The position numbers and the translations under genes are program-made. 64,000 nucleotides of DNA, from contig OZ374558.1 of the NCBI GenBank assembly GCA_977862235.1, positions 1,302,001 through 1,366,000 on the forward strand. Reading direction: 5' to 3'. Of this stretch, positions 48,942 to 61,356 are shown in pieces. The stretch comes from Dudresnaya verticillata (Eukaryota). The notes under the pieces are model-generated. The model saw nothing but the letters and a program-made list of their open reading frames with translations. It was not told where the DNA came from and ran no database searches. The number at the start of each line of letters is the position of its first letter. The first letter of the stretch is position 1.

Positions 48942-51900
48942 TTATGTCTTTCTTTTTGCTCTGTTGATTCCATTGTTGCATATGAGAGAATCCAAATGTC
49001 GTACGAGCGTCTCTTTGTCGACAGCTTTTGTGAGAATATCAGCAACTTGATCATGAGTGGAAATATGGAATAATTGCAGTGTTCCGATTCTTAGCATATC
49101 TCGGACGTGATGCATTTTCAGTTCAATGTGTTTGTTCCGAGCTGAAACTTGGTCCCGAGTTGCCAGAGAGATGGCAGCCGTGTTGTCCACTAGAACAGGT
49201 ATCGGTATCATTCTTGCGCTTTCATCAGGAAACGGTGACTTCATCTTTACCTCCCATGTCAGTCGCCTTAACCATGTCAACTGCTTTGCGCATGTGGACA
49301 GAGCGACGTATTCGGCTTCCGCGGACGACAATGCCACGATACTTTGGCGAATGCTTTTCCATAATACTGGGGCATTGTTGTAGGTGATGACGAACCCAGT
49401 TGTTGAACGCCTTGTCTCTGTACAGCCCGCCCAATCTGCATCAAAGTGGGTTTTTAGAAGACCTTGACCATTTGTATGTGCCCGAGGGTACAAAATTCCT
49501 TGGTCCCGAGAAGCAGCCAGATATCGCAAGACACGTTTGATAAGTTTTGCATGCCGCTGAGTGGGGTGATGCACTTGTCGAGCTAAAGCAGATATCGGGA
49601 AAGACAGATCAGGACGGGTACATGTTGCCAAATACAGTAACTCTCCAACCGCACATCGATACTGTCCATGTTCCGATCTTGAAAGAACGATGTCCTGTTC
49701 CGTAGCTGGACCGAGGTCGGCCTGTGTGGGGAGCGGAGTTGGTGTGCCGTTCGCTCTAGATAGCCCATAATTTTCCAGCAGTTCTGCAGTATATCTCTTC
49801 TGCGAGATGGATATACCGGTGCCAGTTTGAGATATCTCCCAGCCGATGAAATTCTTGAGCGTTCCATAAAGCTTTACGTCAAACGTAGCGGAAATAATTC
49901 TCTTGAATTCCTCTGGTAGTTGAGGAGAGTTGCTTGAAAACTTCATATCGTCCACCACGACTACAAGGATGATGTACTTGTCCTGAACCGTTTTGAAGAA
50001 AACGCGTTGGTCAATCCTTGACTGGGTAAACCCCCAACTCACGAGGGTTTGGACGAAGAGAGAACCCCATAAATCCCCTGCTTGTCTCAGTCCGTATATA
50101 GACTTTTGGAGAACGCACACGTCTCCAGGTCTTGCTTCGACGCCGGACGAGTCGGTCGGCTGCTCCATAATCACTTCCGCGTCGACATTGCCGTAGAGGT
50201 AGGCATTTTCGACATCCCCGCCTTCGACGAGCAGGTGCTCATCAGCGGAGACGGCAAGCAGGAGTCGGATCGCTTCGTGGGATGCAACAGGGGCATAGGT
50301 CGAATATGGGTCGAAATCCAGGAAGGGTTTTTGCATATCGCCTCGAACGCAACATCTGGCCTTGTGAAGGAAACATTGTCCGCGATTATCGAGGGGCTTG
50401 AGCCTGAATACCCAGGTAAAGGGTAAAGGTTTCATTCCAGATTGATGCGCGATGTAAGTCCAGGTGCCGCGGTTAACTAGGGCGTTATGCTCGCGATCAA
50501 TAGCGACACACCACAAGTCGTTCGTAATGGCCTCTGCGAAAGATCGCGGTAAACGAGGATCAACGTGCTTCTTTTTGGATACGAAGATAGCTGTGAGAGG
50601 TAGTTGAAATGACATAAACGCTTTTGTAAGCACCTCTTCCGCGGAACCTTCGAGACTGTGATCAGCTTCCAACTCACTTCTGCGCGACAGGCCGTCTAGC
50701 AAGGATATGACACCTGGAAGTCTTTCATTTTTGTATATACGGAAGTCTTGCTTGCGTAATACTATGATCTTGCTTGTTGACGGAACATAAACACGAAATA
50801 GTGATCCATTCCCTTGTACCCCAATGAAGTGGGAATGTACACTTCGAGCCAGAAATTTCTTGTTTGGCATGGCGTCGGGGTAATAAAGGAAGGCATATCC
50901 AGCTTTCCCGAATACGGGTAGTGATGAAAAGGATATCTGTGTTTGATGGTTCCATTGTATGATAGGTAGACCTCCTTTCAAAGATTCTGATGGCAGTCTG
51001 TTCCTTAACCAGTTTCCATGAATCATTGCCTCGCTCCAAAAACGTAAATCAAGTTTGCTGCCAAACAAGAGGACTCGAGCTCGAGTAACTAACTCTTGAA
51101 TAAGTCGCTCCGCCCGGCCGTTGCTTTGTGAGGCATAAGGCGGGGAATATTCCAGCATAATCCCTGCTTGTGTGCACATGTTGACTAATTCATCGCTCTT
51201 ATTTTCTCCTGCTCCATCTAGACGAATGTTCAGGATACGATGCCCAGTCTCGTTCTCGGCGCGAGCCTTCTACAGCACGAAGCTATTGATCAGTTCCGAC
51301 TTGGCTGTGAGAAAATTGACATTTGACTTCGCAGTGAAATCGTCAATGATTCCGAGTGCGTACTTGCTGCCGCCAATCGATGTTTTTGTCATGGATCCAG
51401 TTATGTCCATATGAATGAGTTCTAACGGACGTCTTGTTTCGCGAGCTCTTGGTTCCAGTGGTGCACGTTTCGCCTTCCCTGTTGCACAATGAATGCAGAA
51501 TATATTGTCCATAATATGTTTGGGGAAGAAAGGGACGTCATCGAAAATGGCAGCTAGCTTCATGTACCGTTCACGACTTGGATGACCCGTGCGATAATGC
51601 CAATATAAGGCATGCTCAGCTTCTGTATTTACATAGGGGGCTAGTGTTGTTGAGTAACAATCGCCACATAGCTCTCCAAAATACGTGCCTGTTAGACTGA
51701 GCGACGTATTAATTGATGTTCCAAGAGATTTCGTGGATTTCTCACCACTGGTAGATAGATGAAGAATGTACAGTCCATCTTCAATTTCGGCTTTGTACAC
51801 AACTTTGTTATCCGTTTTGCGATGAATGAAGCATGTACTTATATTGTCCCTTGCTGGTGGGCTGCTAGTAAAAAGGAAGTTGAATACCTGTGACAGTACC

Positions 51901-53019
51901 CCAACGGACAGAATATTCGTGGTAAACTCAGGGGCGTGGTATGCCTCAACATTGGTTCCATCATCAATAGGTAGTACTACTGTTCCCTTTCCAATCATCA
52001 TCGATGTACCGCTGCAGCTGTGACTTCCATACTTTTCATCGATTCATATTCACTGAAGAAAGACTTCGAGTGAAAGAAATTGTGTGTGCCAACTGAGTCA
52101 ATTAAGGCAGTGTTTCGCTTTTTGGGTCCACATAGAGCAACCGTAGACTTGAACTTAATCTGCGCCATGAAACCAAAGTGACCATTATCTCCTCTCCCTT
52201 GATTAACCTGTTGAACATTACCATAGCTATCAGAGGCCTGAGGTGGATGTTGTACCTGTATGTGATTGGCTTGTATAGCTGTTCCTTGTATACTTTGTCC
52301 ATTAGTTGTTGATGGATGTGACCGGCTACCTTGCCACTGTGGCCCGTTGTGTTGGTTACTTGGATGCAAATATCCGCGACTGAAACCTCTTCCACGGCCA
52401 CGGAACCCTCCACGACCAAATCCACGTCCTCTTCCACGGACGTTCCCGCGGCCCCTTGATGTTCCCGCGTCATTATACCTATACCAACAGTCGGCAGCAT
52501 TGTGTCCCGGACGGCCACATACAAAGAAGTTCTCATTCTTCTTATGCTTCTTATTAATCTTATCCGAGACACCATTCTCACGATTTTTGCGAGAACCGTC
52601 AGCGGATGCCGCTTGAGGGTTACTAGGTGCGTTGGATGTTTTCGAGCTTCGACGACGGGAAAGCTCACCTGCAACGACAACTAAGAGTTTGTCATAACTA
52701 GTTTCACTGGCTTCCGAAAACATAGCTAACGGGGCGAATGATTCTGGAAGTGTCTTGATTAACTTCGACGCTTTGGCGTTCTCTGACACTGGTGTGTCAT
52801 AAGAAGCTAGTTTTCCGAGAATTTCGTTAAACGTATTAACGTGTTTTCCCAATCTTTATTCTCCTTGTATCGGAGCTGGTCGAGTTCAGATTGTAGGTTA
52901 ATTACTACTTGTGTGTTGGAGGTAGTGTAGAGGCGATCGAGAGCATCCCACAATTCCTGAGCTGAACGATTGTCGTCATCAACAATTTGGCTAACTTGAG
53001 CAAGTCGACCTAGGCCAAG
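48942..53019 (-). pseudogene. Copia gag-pol
   Basis: FVCGRPGHNAADCW knuckle; ALIDSVGTHN protease; WHYRTGHPS, CIHCATGK, LIHMDITG, SNGRAER integrase; KARCCVRG, KSIYGLRQAG, VVVDDM RT; DADWAG, SAEAEY RNase H. Two frameshifts (~52855, ~52003) and one stop (51270). Confidence 0.93.
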
Positions 53020-53693
53020 TGTGGTGAAGTGAAAGGCACACCTGTAAGGAGAGCTGATCAGGCAATCCCAATAAGGAGTGATCTCACACGGCACCGGGGT
53101 GGTAGAGCTTAGTTCGTAGACCGAAGGGAGTACCTCGAGCGGCAACACCTGTCAGGAGTAAAGGGACGCAACAGACAAGGGGGACGGTACAGTGCCAGGG
53201 CAGCTACACCGGGACGGAGGTAGGAGGAATCCGTGCACGGGGCTGGCGAGGGGAAACCGTAAAGGAGTATGAGGGTAAGGCTTAGGGTAAGTCACTTTGC
53301 CCAGGGTTGCGTACCCGTTTACTGTAGGACTCGCGGTGGCCACCCATTAATATACTGGGAGATACGCCCCGCGGTCCGGTCCGTGTGGGCCAGACCCCAA
53401 TGGGTCTGGGCCACCAGGTGGGTCCGGCCCCCTGGTCCCGGTCACCGTTGCGGACATGCTCGGCATTCTCATTGGCCGGCTGACACTACGTACTGTACAG
53501 CATCATTACAATTACCTAATTACAAATAAATCAACTACTTGAATCCTATTGGTGGTGCGCGCAGACTCCAGCAAGGCGTACAGTGCTACTGTGTCGCTGC
53601 ACTCCGCTTCGGCTTTTGGCGCCAGCACACCAATGCGCCGGGCGCGAGTCGGCTCAACCGTCGTCCGCACTCCGAAACGGCCGCTTCACCACA
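53020..53693 (-). repeat. Gypsy 3' LTR, 674 bp
   Basis: TGTGGTGAAG...CTTCACCACA perfect 10-bp inverted ends; near-identical solo copy at 38851. Confidence 0.93.
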
Positions 53694-53710
53694 GACCCCC
53701 CCTCCTTAAA
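53694..53710 (-). promoter_or_regulatory. Polypurine tract of the Gypsy element
   Basis: Minus strand TTTAAGGAGGGGGGGTC immediately before the LTR TG. Confidence 0.85.
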
Positions 53711-55494
53711 TGGCGACACGTCCTCGTGCGCCCCAGCACGTCTTCTACGACTCCACTCAGGTGTACCCAACAACGGAGAGAGCCTCATCGGCACACTCCA
53801 CTTCAGGCAGGTCGACCAACAGACAGGTCCAAACCGGTGTACCGCTAGCAATGGCGGGCGGGAACACCGACCGCGCACGGAGCCCCTTCCAACCGACACG
53901 GCGTGCATCGTCGGTGGGAGCGGCTCCGGTGCCGGAGGCAGAAGAGAGAGGAGGCGGCGGACCCGCGGACACCATAACGGGAGTTGCGGCGGCAGTGGGC
54001 ACAACGCCGACGCTGCCAGCACGCGCGGGCAGCCCGAGGGTGCCGCGACGGCGCGATGACGGCGAGGCTCAACAGGCGACTCCGCTTCCGGATCGACAGG
54101 TGGGGCCGGGCGCACAAAGGCCCGGTCCTTCCAAAGGTTACGACGAGATGGAGTTGGGGAGATATCGTCGTGCAACTCCGCATGGGCGATATGACGCGTA
54201 TGCGCAGGGTCTCCAGGTTGGTCAGGTTGGAGGTGGAGTAACCTCACCCCCACTCCACTTGGGTGTCGGCGGCGGACCATCGGGTTCACTACCATACGCA
54301 CCGGGGACACCGGGGAGTTACCACGGGCGTGTGGACTCGACGGGGTACACCGATGAGGGGACTTGGCCAGGCCGGGAGTATGATCACCGCACCGGACGGC
54401 GTCAGCGGATCGAGGAGGAGCGCGATATGGTGCGTCTCCCCATGCCCGTATCGGTGTTCGTTTCCAACTATGGTGGCACCCTCGAGGGGCGTCGATACAG
54501 TGCTGTTACTGACGCCGGTGGGTTAATCAACAACAAGCCATTTCCGAATCGGCATGAGGAGATGTGGAGAGCCAGGTGGATTCACTCAAACTGCAGAGTG
54601 CGAACTCCAACCGGGTGTGACATCGTGTGGCTGAGGTGTCAGGAAGAAGAAGGCTATCCCGATAAGGTGTGCCGATTGTTGGCTATGGCCCATCAACTGC
54701 GAGAGCATCCTGTTGGTGTCGAGTTCCTGTGCTACGAGAAGCCGTATGACCAAGGGGTTCACTGGTTTGCGAATCCGCGACGGTGGTCCGACGACGCAGC
54801 GAAAGAGCATCGACTCCGGTTGCGGAGTAGAGATGGGCGCCGACTCGGAAGGGCGATACTCCACACTTGGAACACCAACGAATTCTTCCAGGTGCCGCCG
54901 GGGGCACACCGTCGCTTGTATTGCACCGCTCCGGATTGGTGGGCTGAGTATGAAGTCACCCGTTGGTTGTCAGTGCCAACGCCGACGGTAGTGGCGTACT
55001 TCTCCAACCGGTTCATTCAGCATCGCGACTGGGAAGCTGCACACCCAGGCGGAGAGAAGTCTGTCGACCATCCGCTGATGACGGTGTTGGGTCGCATACT
55101 CCGATCGGAATGGGCCATGTTAGTCCTCTTTTCCTGGTTACAGGTCACCTACCGGGGTTTAAGAGCCAATACCAAGATGAACGACTGGAGGGCGTACCCG
55201 CGGAGCAGAACGGATCTGGAAGGGGGCGAGTGCGGACGCATATTCAAGCTACCCTGGCCAGTGGTCACCCTTATACACCAAGTTGGAGTAGACCGGTTAG
55301 TTGAGGGGACCGAATACCCCTTGACGCGCGTGGAGCGTCTCTTCGCGGTTCACGCAGACACCAATTGGGAGCAGACGCCGGGGTTCGTCGGTTATCATTG
55401 GAATGACGACCGCGTGTTGTCGGTGCCGCCGCTCAACCCCGGGTGTGGCATGGCCTATTTCCTATCGGAAGAAGACCCCGAGCCAGCGTGGTGA
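53710..55494 (+). CDS. Antisense extra ORF of the Gypsy element, part 1 (594 aa, unknown function)
   Basis: Long uninterrupted ORF between integrase and 3' LTR; disordered N-terminus then a Trp/Tyr-rich globular region; alternative start ATG 53851. Confidence 0.7.
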   Translation: MATRPRAPQHVFYDSTQVYPTTERASSAHSTSGRSTNRQVQTGVPLAMAGGNTDRARSPFQPTRRASSVGAAPVPEAEERGGGGPADTITGVAAAVGTTPTLPARAGSPRVPRRRDDGEAQQATPLPDRQVGPGAQRPGPSKGYDEMELGRYRRATPHGRYDAYAQGLQVGQVGGGVTSPPLHLGVGGGPSGSLPYAPGTPGSYHGRVDSTGYTDEGTWPGREYDHRTGRRQRIEEERDMVRLPMPVSVFVSNYGGTLEGRRYSAVTDAGGLINNKPFPNRHEEMWRARWIHSNCRVRTPTGCDIVWLRCQEEEGYPDKVCRLLAMAHQLREHPVGVEFLCYEKPYDQGVHWFANPRRWSDDAAKEHRLRLRSRDGRRLGRAILHTWNTNEFFQVPPGAHRRLYCTAPDWWAEYEVTRWLSVPTPTVVAYFSNRFIQHRDWEAAHPGGEKSVDHPLMTVLGRILRSEWAMLVLFSWLQVTYRGLRANTKMNDWRAYPRSRTDLEGGECGRIFKLPWPVVTLIHQVGVDRLVEGTEYPLTRVERLFAVHADTNWEQTPGFVGYHWNDDRVLSVPPLNPGCGMAYFLSEEDPEPAW

Positions 55495-55524
55495 ATCGAC
55501 GAGAAGATGTAAAGCTGGCACGCG

Positions 55525-56580
55525 ATGCGCTCCCGCTCGAGGTTCTACCCCATGACGGAGGGGCCATCAAGGGCTCCGCCATCACGTGAGTGGGGTACTC
55601 CATCCGGTGTGCCATATCAACAGGGACGCCTCGACAGTCCGCCGGCAGATGAGATTACACCGGTGGGGGTTGACGAGATTGAGAAGGGGCGCGGGGACCC
55701 AAGGGTCCTCGTGCCAAGAGAATCCCCTGGTGGAGAAGCCATAAAGGTGTGGGGCGACCGCACAACTTCATCGCCCAAGAAGACCGTAACGGAGTCTCCT
55801 CCTGTAGGAGCGGAGATCGAGGCGCAGGGGGGCTTGTCGGGGGTGGCTGCAGCATCCACACCAATCGGGACTTCGGAACCGGCTATCTCGCCGGCGGTCG
55901 ACAAGAATACCAAGTTGGACAAGGCGGCGAATACCGTAGCGGTAGTTTGTCAGAAGCCCATGGCGGTAGCTGCGGCCGCGGCTAAGTTGGGTCCCGTCGG
56001 GGAGCATGACGACTCCGAGATGGAAGAGGACGCGAAACCAGTGGGGACCGACCAAGTGGAGGCACTCGCGACAACACGGCTTGGAGTAGCAGTGAAGACC
56101 CCCACACCGAAGCGGGGTGAGGTTGCCAAACCGGTGTCGCCCGCGTCGAGTGACTCCGTGACGTTTGTGGCCGCTGCGGGTCCAGGTGGAGGGCCACCCC
56201 GTCATGTTGACTCCGTGACGGTGAAGCAAGAAGAGGGTGCCCCTAAGGAGACGACGAATTGGACCGAAGCGGAGTTGCGCGTAGATGGGGCGGCCCTGCA
56301 GCGACTCCGCGAAGGGTGTAGAGATGCGGGTATGCCCCTTCCGGCGTCGGCGAACGAGGCCATTAACACCGCCGTGCTGTGGGTAGGGCGTCTGGGGCGC
56401 CTACGGCGTACCATTCGCGCTTTGCGTCAACGCATGGCAGACACCGGCAGGAGACTCACCATGATTACTGCGAGGGTATATGGTGAAGATATTCCAGACT
56501 TGGAGGAGAGTGCGGCAAAAGAGGAAGATACGGAGGCTGACCTGGCACCACCAGCGGAGCGTCCCCGAAATGCGGTGTAA
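55525..56580 (+). CDS. Antisense extra ORF, part 2 (351 aa, same frame; low complexity plus C-terminal coiled coil)
   Basis: Same frame as 53710 ORF, separated by TGA 55492 and TAA 55510. Confidence 0.6.
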   Translation: MRSRSRFYPMTEGPSRAPPSREWGTPSGVPYQQGRLDSPPADEITPVGVDEIEKGRGDPRVLVPRESPGGEAIKVWGDRTTSSPKKTVTESPPVGAEIEAQGGLSGVAAASTPIGTSEPAISPAVDKNTKLDKAANTVAVVCQKPMAVAAAAAKLGPVGEHDDSEMEEDAKPVGTDQVEALATTRLGVAVKTPTPKRGEVAKPVSPASSDSVTFVAAAGPGGGPPRHVDSVTVKQEEGAPKETTNWTEAELRVDGAALQRLREGCRDAGMPLPASANEAINTAVLWVGRLGRLRRTIRALRQRMADTGRRLTMITARVYGEDIPDLEESAAKEEDTEADLAPPAERPRNAV

Positions 56581-56771
56581 GCGTAGAAATGCCACTTGTC
56601 AATAAAATCTTGTGACTTTTGTGAGCCCCCCTTCCACTGGCGGAGGGGAAGTGGAATAACACCACTGTGGAGTGAGCTCCGAAGTGGCGGGGGTACCCTA
56701 CACCCTACAAGGCTTTGTGTCAAGTGGGCGACCACCTCATACCAGAAGTGGTTACTTGCTTGCCGCCGATT

Positions 56772-56930
56772 CACCAATATGGAGTAGAGCCCCTTGGGCA
56801 AGGGTTCTGTGGTCCCAGAGTCCAGAGGTCATGCCCATTTTGTACCAACGTCAAGCCACCAATATGGCGTAGAGCCCCTTGGGCAAGGGTTCTGGCAACA
56901 CGGAGTCCACGGGTCATGCCCGATTTTTCC
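56772..56930. repeat. Tandem duplication (~85 bp) between the convergent antisense ORF and pol ends
   Basis: CACCAATATGG.GTAGAGCCCCTTGGGCAAGGGTTCTG at 56772 and 56857. Confidence 0.8.
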
Positions 56931-56963
56931 AAATCTCCTACCGCGCGGGTGAGTAGCGACTGG

Positions 56964-59900
56964 CTATCGACGTGCGGGAGTTCTGCGACGTCGAGCTGCA
57001 GCGGCTGCCGTGCGCCTTCTATTCCAATAGCGGTGTATGAAGTTTTGCGGTAACTCCTCAGCGGGTTCATACGTATCCTGGTCTGGTGGGTAGCCGTACC
57101 AACGCACCTTGTAGGTCATGCCCGTGGGTTCTTCGCGGTGTCCCACGATCTGCTCGATGACATACTCCGTGTCGGCATCAATTGTATCCGGCACGGGGGC
57201 AGAAATACCGCCTGGAGTTTGGGGCGTTACAGTAATACCACCTGGTGTTTGGGGTACTACTGTGGGCCTCCCACCTGCTGGGGCACTGTACCGTCCATGT
57301 CGGTGTGTGGCGTAACCGGCGGAGCCAATAGCGGCGCCGGTTGCACGGGAACTCCAATTGGTACCTTAGTGATGCGATCGATGCTGATGGGAATCAGGAC
57401 GCCATCCTTCTTGATAGTGACTACAGTATCCGTTGCGGTGTGAACCTCATAGGGGCCCGTCGATCTTGGGAGGAGCTTCTTCATTTGCTCCGCAAATTCA
57501 CCGACGTGGTCAGGGCCATGACCCAATCGGTCGCGTTCTTTCCGTTCGGTGGGCCGTAGATTACGCGGCGGGCGGTCTACGTAGACCTGATCGCCACCGC
57601 GAACCACCGGTCGGAAGCGCACCTTTCGGTCAAATAGGGCCTTGGACTTCAACTGGGCTGTAGTCTGTTTGGTCTGCGCCTTCTGTAGGGCATAACGCAA
57701 ACGCCGCATGGTTCCCCGCTTTTGGAGTACGGGCGTCATACGCCCCTCCGTAACGGTTTATTCCAACTCCACAGGGATGCCACGCACAATAATATCCGAT
57801 GGGTGTCGAGTTAACACTAAGTCAAAAGGGGTAGTATCCGTGATCCGGTGTACCTGCATACTGTAGGAATAGGTTAACGTCTGTAGATATAAATCCCAAT
57901 CGGTGTGGTGATCCTCGACGTAGTGCCGGAGGCGTTGTGCGATGGTTTTGTTAAACCACTCGGCTTGCCCGTTGGTTTGCGGGTGATAGGCGGCGATCAG
58001 CAAATGTCGCACTCCGAGTAGGGCACAGACAGCATCGAAGAACTTCGCCGTGAACTGTCTTCCATTGTCGGTGAGTACAAACTTAGGTGCACCATACGCG
58101 TACACCCAATGGTCTAAAAATGCGTTCGCCACCACGACGGCTGTAATCGTCCGTAACGGAATGCACCGTGTGTTAGCTTAGAAAACCGATCGGTGATGAC
58201 CAATACAAAGACATATCCCCGTTTGGTTTTCGGCAGCGGGCCCAATATGTCCGTAGCGACAAACTCCACTCGCGGGAAATAACTTCATGAACTTCTGATG
58301 CTTAAACCGCGTGCCCTTGGTTTTAACACATGAGCGGCAACTCCGAACGGTCTCGAATACATCGTTAGCCATATGTGGCCAATAGTAGTCTCTCCGTAAG
58401 GTGTAGTACATCTTAATTCCACCAGGGTGTCCCGACATTAAGGCGTAGTGGGCAAGATACAGGACCCTGCCGCGCATATGTTGCGGTACCACCTTTTGGA
58501 GTGCGCCGTCGAGGGCAGACTTGCGCACTAGAAACCCATGTCGGTCGTAGTCAAATTGCGATCCAGGGGATCCCACCGATTCGGCTTTAAGCTTGCAGAA
58601 TGTATCTGATGCTTGGGCGGCTATGAACTCCTCACGGGTAAGGGTCTCATTGCGCACATCATCTTGTTGGACGACCGTTTGCCGGAGTGGAGTGGGTGGC
58701 ACTGTATCCTTTTCAGGCGTAGTATCCGTTTCGGTGTCTCCACTTTCAACGCCTAGGACAAGGCTGCTTGCGGCATCAGGCTGCTGAGTCTGTTTCCAAT
58801 TGGTTAGTCGCACACCATGTTGCACTACACCATTAGGAGTCGATTCCATAACGAAGCAAGGCACTTCTTCATCCAGTTCAGCTTTGTCAGCACCACCTGT
58901 TCGGAGTCTTGACATACCGTCTGCGAGTTGGTGCTTGATAACAGGGCGGTATTGTACTTAGAACTCAAATTCCGATAGGCGTAGGCACCATCTTGCTAAG
59001 CGTCCAGACGCATCGGCTAAAGTCAATATCCAGCGTAATGCGTCGTGATCCGTACGGAGTATAAACTTTTCACCGTAAAGGTAGGGGCGTAGCGTGAGCA
59101 TACTCCAAACGACAGCAAGGCACTCCTTTTCCGTGGTTGTATAGTTCTTCTCCGCATCGGTTAGACTTCGGCTCCAGTAACCCACTGGTAGATTATCTCC
59201 ACTAGGTTGCTCCTGGAGAAGGACACACCCAACTTGGTAGTCACAAGCGTCGGTATCCAAAGTATAATTGAAACCGTGACGGGGTAAAGCCAATATTGGA
59301 GGGGAGATTAAGTGTCTCTTTAGCTCCTCAAAGGCGTTAAACTCCGTTTCGGTGAGAGTTCCAAACTCGAATACCAGACCCTTGCCGGTTTTCTTATTGA
59401 GTGGCGAAGCAATACGTGCGAAATTAGGAACGAAGCGTCGATAGACGTTACATAACCCTAGAAAAGAGCGCAACTCCGTTTGGTTTGTAGGTGGCTTAGC
59501 TTCCTTAACGGCGAGAATATTCTTCCGTTCCACTTCCAGTTGGCCCGGGCGCACTATGTGCCCCAGATACTGTACGGAAGTGTCGAAGAAGGCACACTTT
59601 GATAATTTCAGCGTTACACCTGCGGAACGGAGTAGCGTGAGTACCTCCTTAAGGTGTTCGAAATGATCCGTGACGGTGTTAGAATATACAATCACATCAT
59701 CCAGGTAGACTAAGGCAAATTGCCATTTCACCGTAGATAGGATGATGTCAACCGCCCGTTGGAAAGTAGCCGGTGCGTTTTTGAGCCCAAAAGGCATTCT
59801 CCGGAAGCGGTATAATCCATAATGACTGGTGAAGGTAGTTTTGTCACGCTCCTCCTCGGGGATCTCTACTTGCCAATAGCCACTATTACAATCCAGAGTG

Positions 59901-61356
59901 GTGAATACTGTAGCTTCTCCAAGGGAGTCGATACATTCATCCATCCGGGGTAAAGGGTATGAATCCCGAACGGTGACAGCGTTAAGACGCCTGTAATCGA
60001 CACAAAACCGCATGGAGCCGTCCTTTTTAGGAACAAAGACCACAGGGCTGGCCCACTCCGAAGCGGATGGCTCGATCACCTTAGCGGACAACATACGATC
60101 CGCTTCTGCCTTCTCCAGCTCGCGCTGTTTATGTCCTGCCCGATATGGTGCTTGATACACCGGTTTGGCACCAGGCATTAATTCAATACGGTGTTTCGCG
60201 GCAGTTGTATTTCCTAACTCGCCGTTCCACATAGTGCTGAACTCCTCGAGGAGTGTAACCACCTTAGCGCGGAGTTTTTCATCCTTGGCACCAATATGGA
60301 TGTTATCTTTCCAGTCTGTGTCAGGGGTTGTAGTTGATTCCGATGCGGTGTTTCCTTTGAATCCATCTTGGGGTGTAGCCTTGCTGCTTTCATTAGGAGG
60401 AGTAGGAAAGGAATTAATATGTCCTCCCCCTCCTTAAATGGAGGTACACCGTTAACGGTGAGTATGGCAGAGGGAGCAGCAGTAGCGAGGCCCACGACGG
60501 TAGACTTAGGTAGCCGCACCGGTTTGGGGGAAAAACTAGTCAGCCACACCTTCAAGGGTTTGTTAGGGATGACATCCATAACCCCGTTAGCCATAAGGGT
60601 GAGGTGCTTATGGATGGGTTTGGGATGGTTTTGAAGAAGACACAAACCACCGGTAGGAGTGGTGACCAATGCAAGGGATTGGGTCATAGGGGGGATAATA
60701 AGGGATTTTGCTAGTCGGAGCTTTTGCGATACCGAAGCGGATGAAACAGGGGGGCCCTGAAGAGTAGAAGCAGCCACCGTTTTGGAGTGTCTGGTTTGTC
60801 CCATTAGCGAAACCGGAGAGTGGTGATGAAAAACAACTTTCCGTGCCGGTGGGAGGATCGCCTTGACATGACGATCAATAAAACTGGTTCCCAGGATACA
60901 CGGAGCAGCGAGGTTCGCGACCACCAGGAAGTGGACCCGAGTACGCAATTCTCCGATACGGACAAAAAGTTGAATGACACCAAGCGGGCGTATCCACCTA
61001 TTGGACGCATCCCGTAAAGGTGGACTGGCAGCGGGGCGAATCAAAGACAACCAGTGGCGTGGAAGCCGTCTGGCGTTAATGAGATTTGGCCCAGCACCAG
61101 AATCCAATACGGTGATGAGAGGTAACATGAGGTCATTACTCCTTCCCACGGTAATCTGGATTTTATAATTCTGCCGTTGTAGGACACAGACAGAATCACC
61201 GGGTGGAGGAAATTCAAGAGGGATTTCTGGAACAAAATCAAGGGGGTACTCCGTAATGGTGGCGGACTGACAGTCCGGCAAAGCCCGTATTGGTCGGCGT
61301 ACCACGTCGCATTGAGGAGACGGGGACGCCCTTGCACGTCTCCTGCGACGTTTTCC
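56964..61356 (-). pseudogene. Gypsy pol: PR, RT, RNase H, integrase, chromodomain
   Basis: VLDSGAGPN; RFCVDYRRLN, MPFGLKNAPATFQ, VYLDDVI; DTDACD, EKECLAV, TDHDAL; HYALMSGHPG..CRSC; LTDNGRQF, YHPQTNGQAE; YVIEQIVGHR..YKVRWYGY..DTYEP. Several stops and frameshifts. Confidence 0.95.

Larger units (their letters stand above)
48113..53019 (-). mobile_element. Ty1/Copia retrotransposon (3' LTR, pol, most of gag), interrupted by the Gypsy element at 53020
   Basis: Domain order gag-PR-IN-RT-RH; probable 3' LTR 48113-48342 (TGAGG..CCTCA) with PPT at 48345-48353. Confidence 0.88.
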
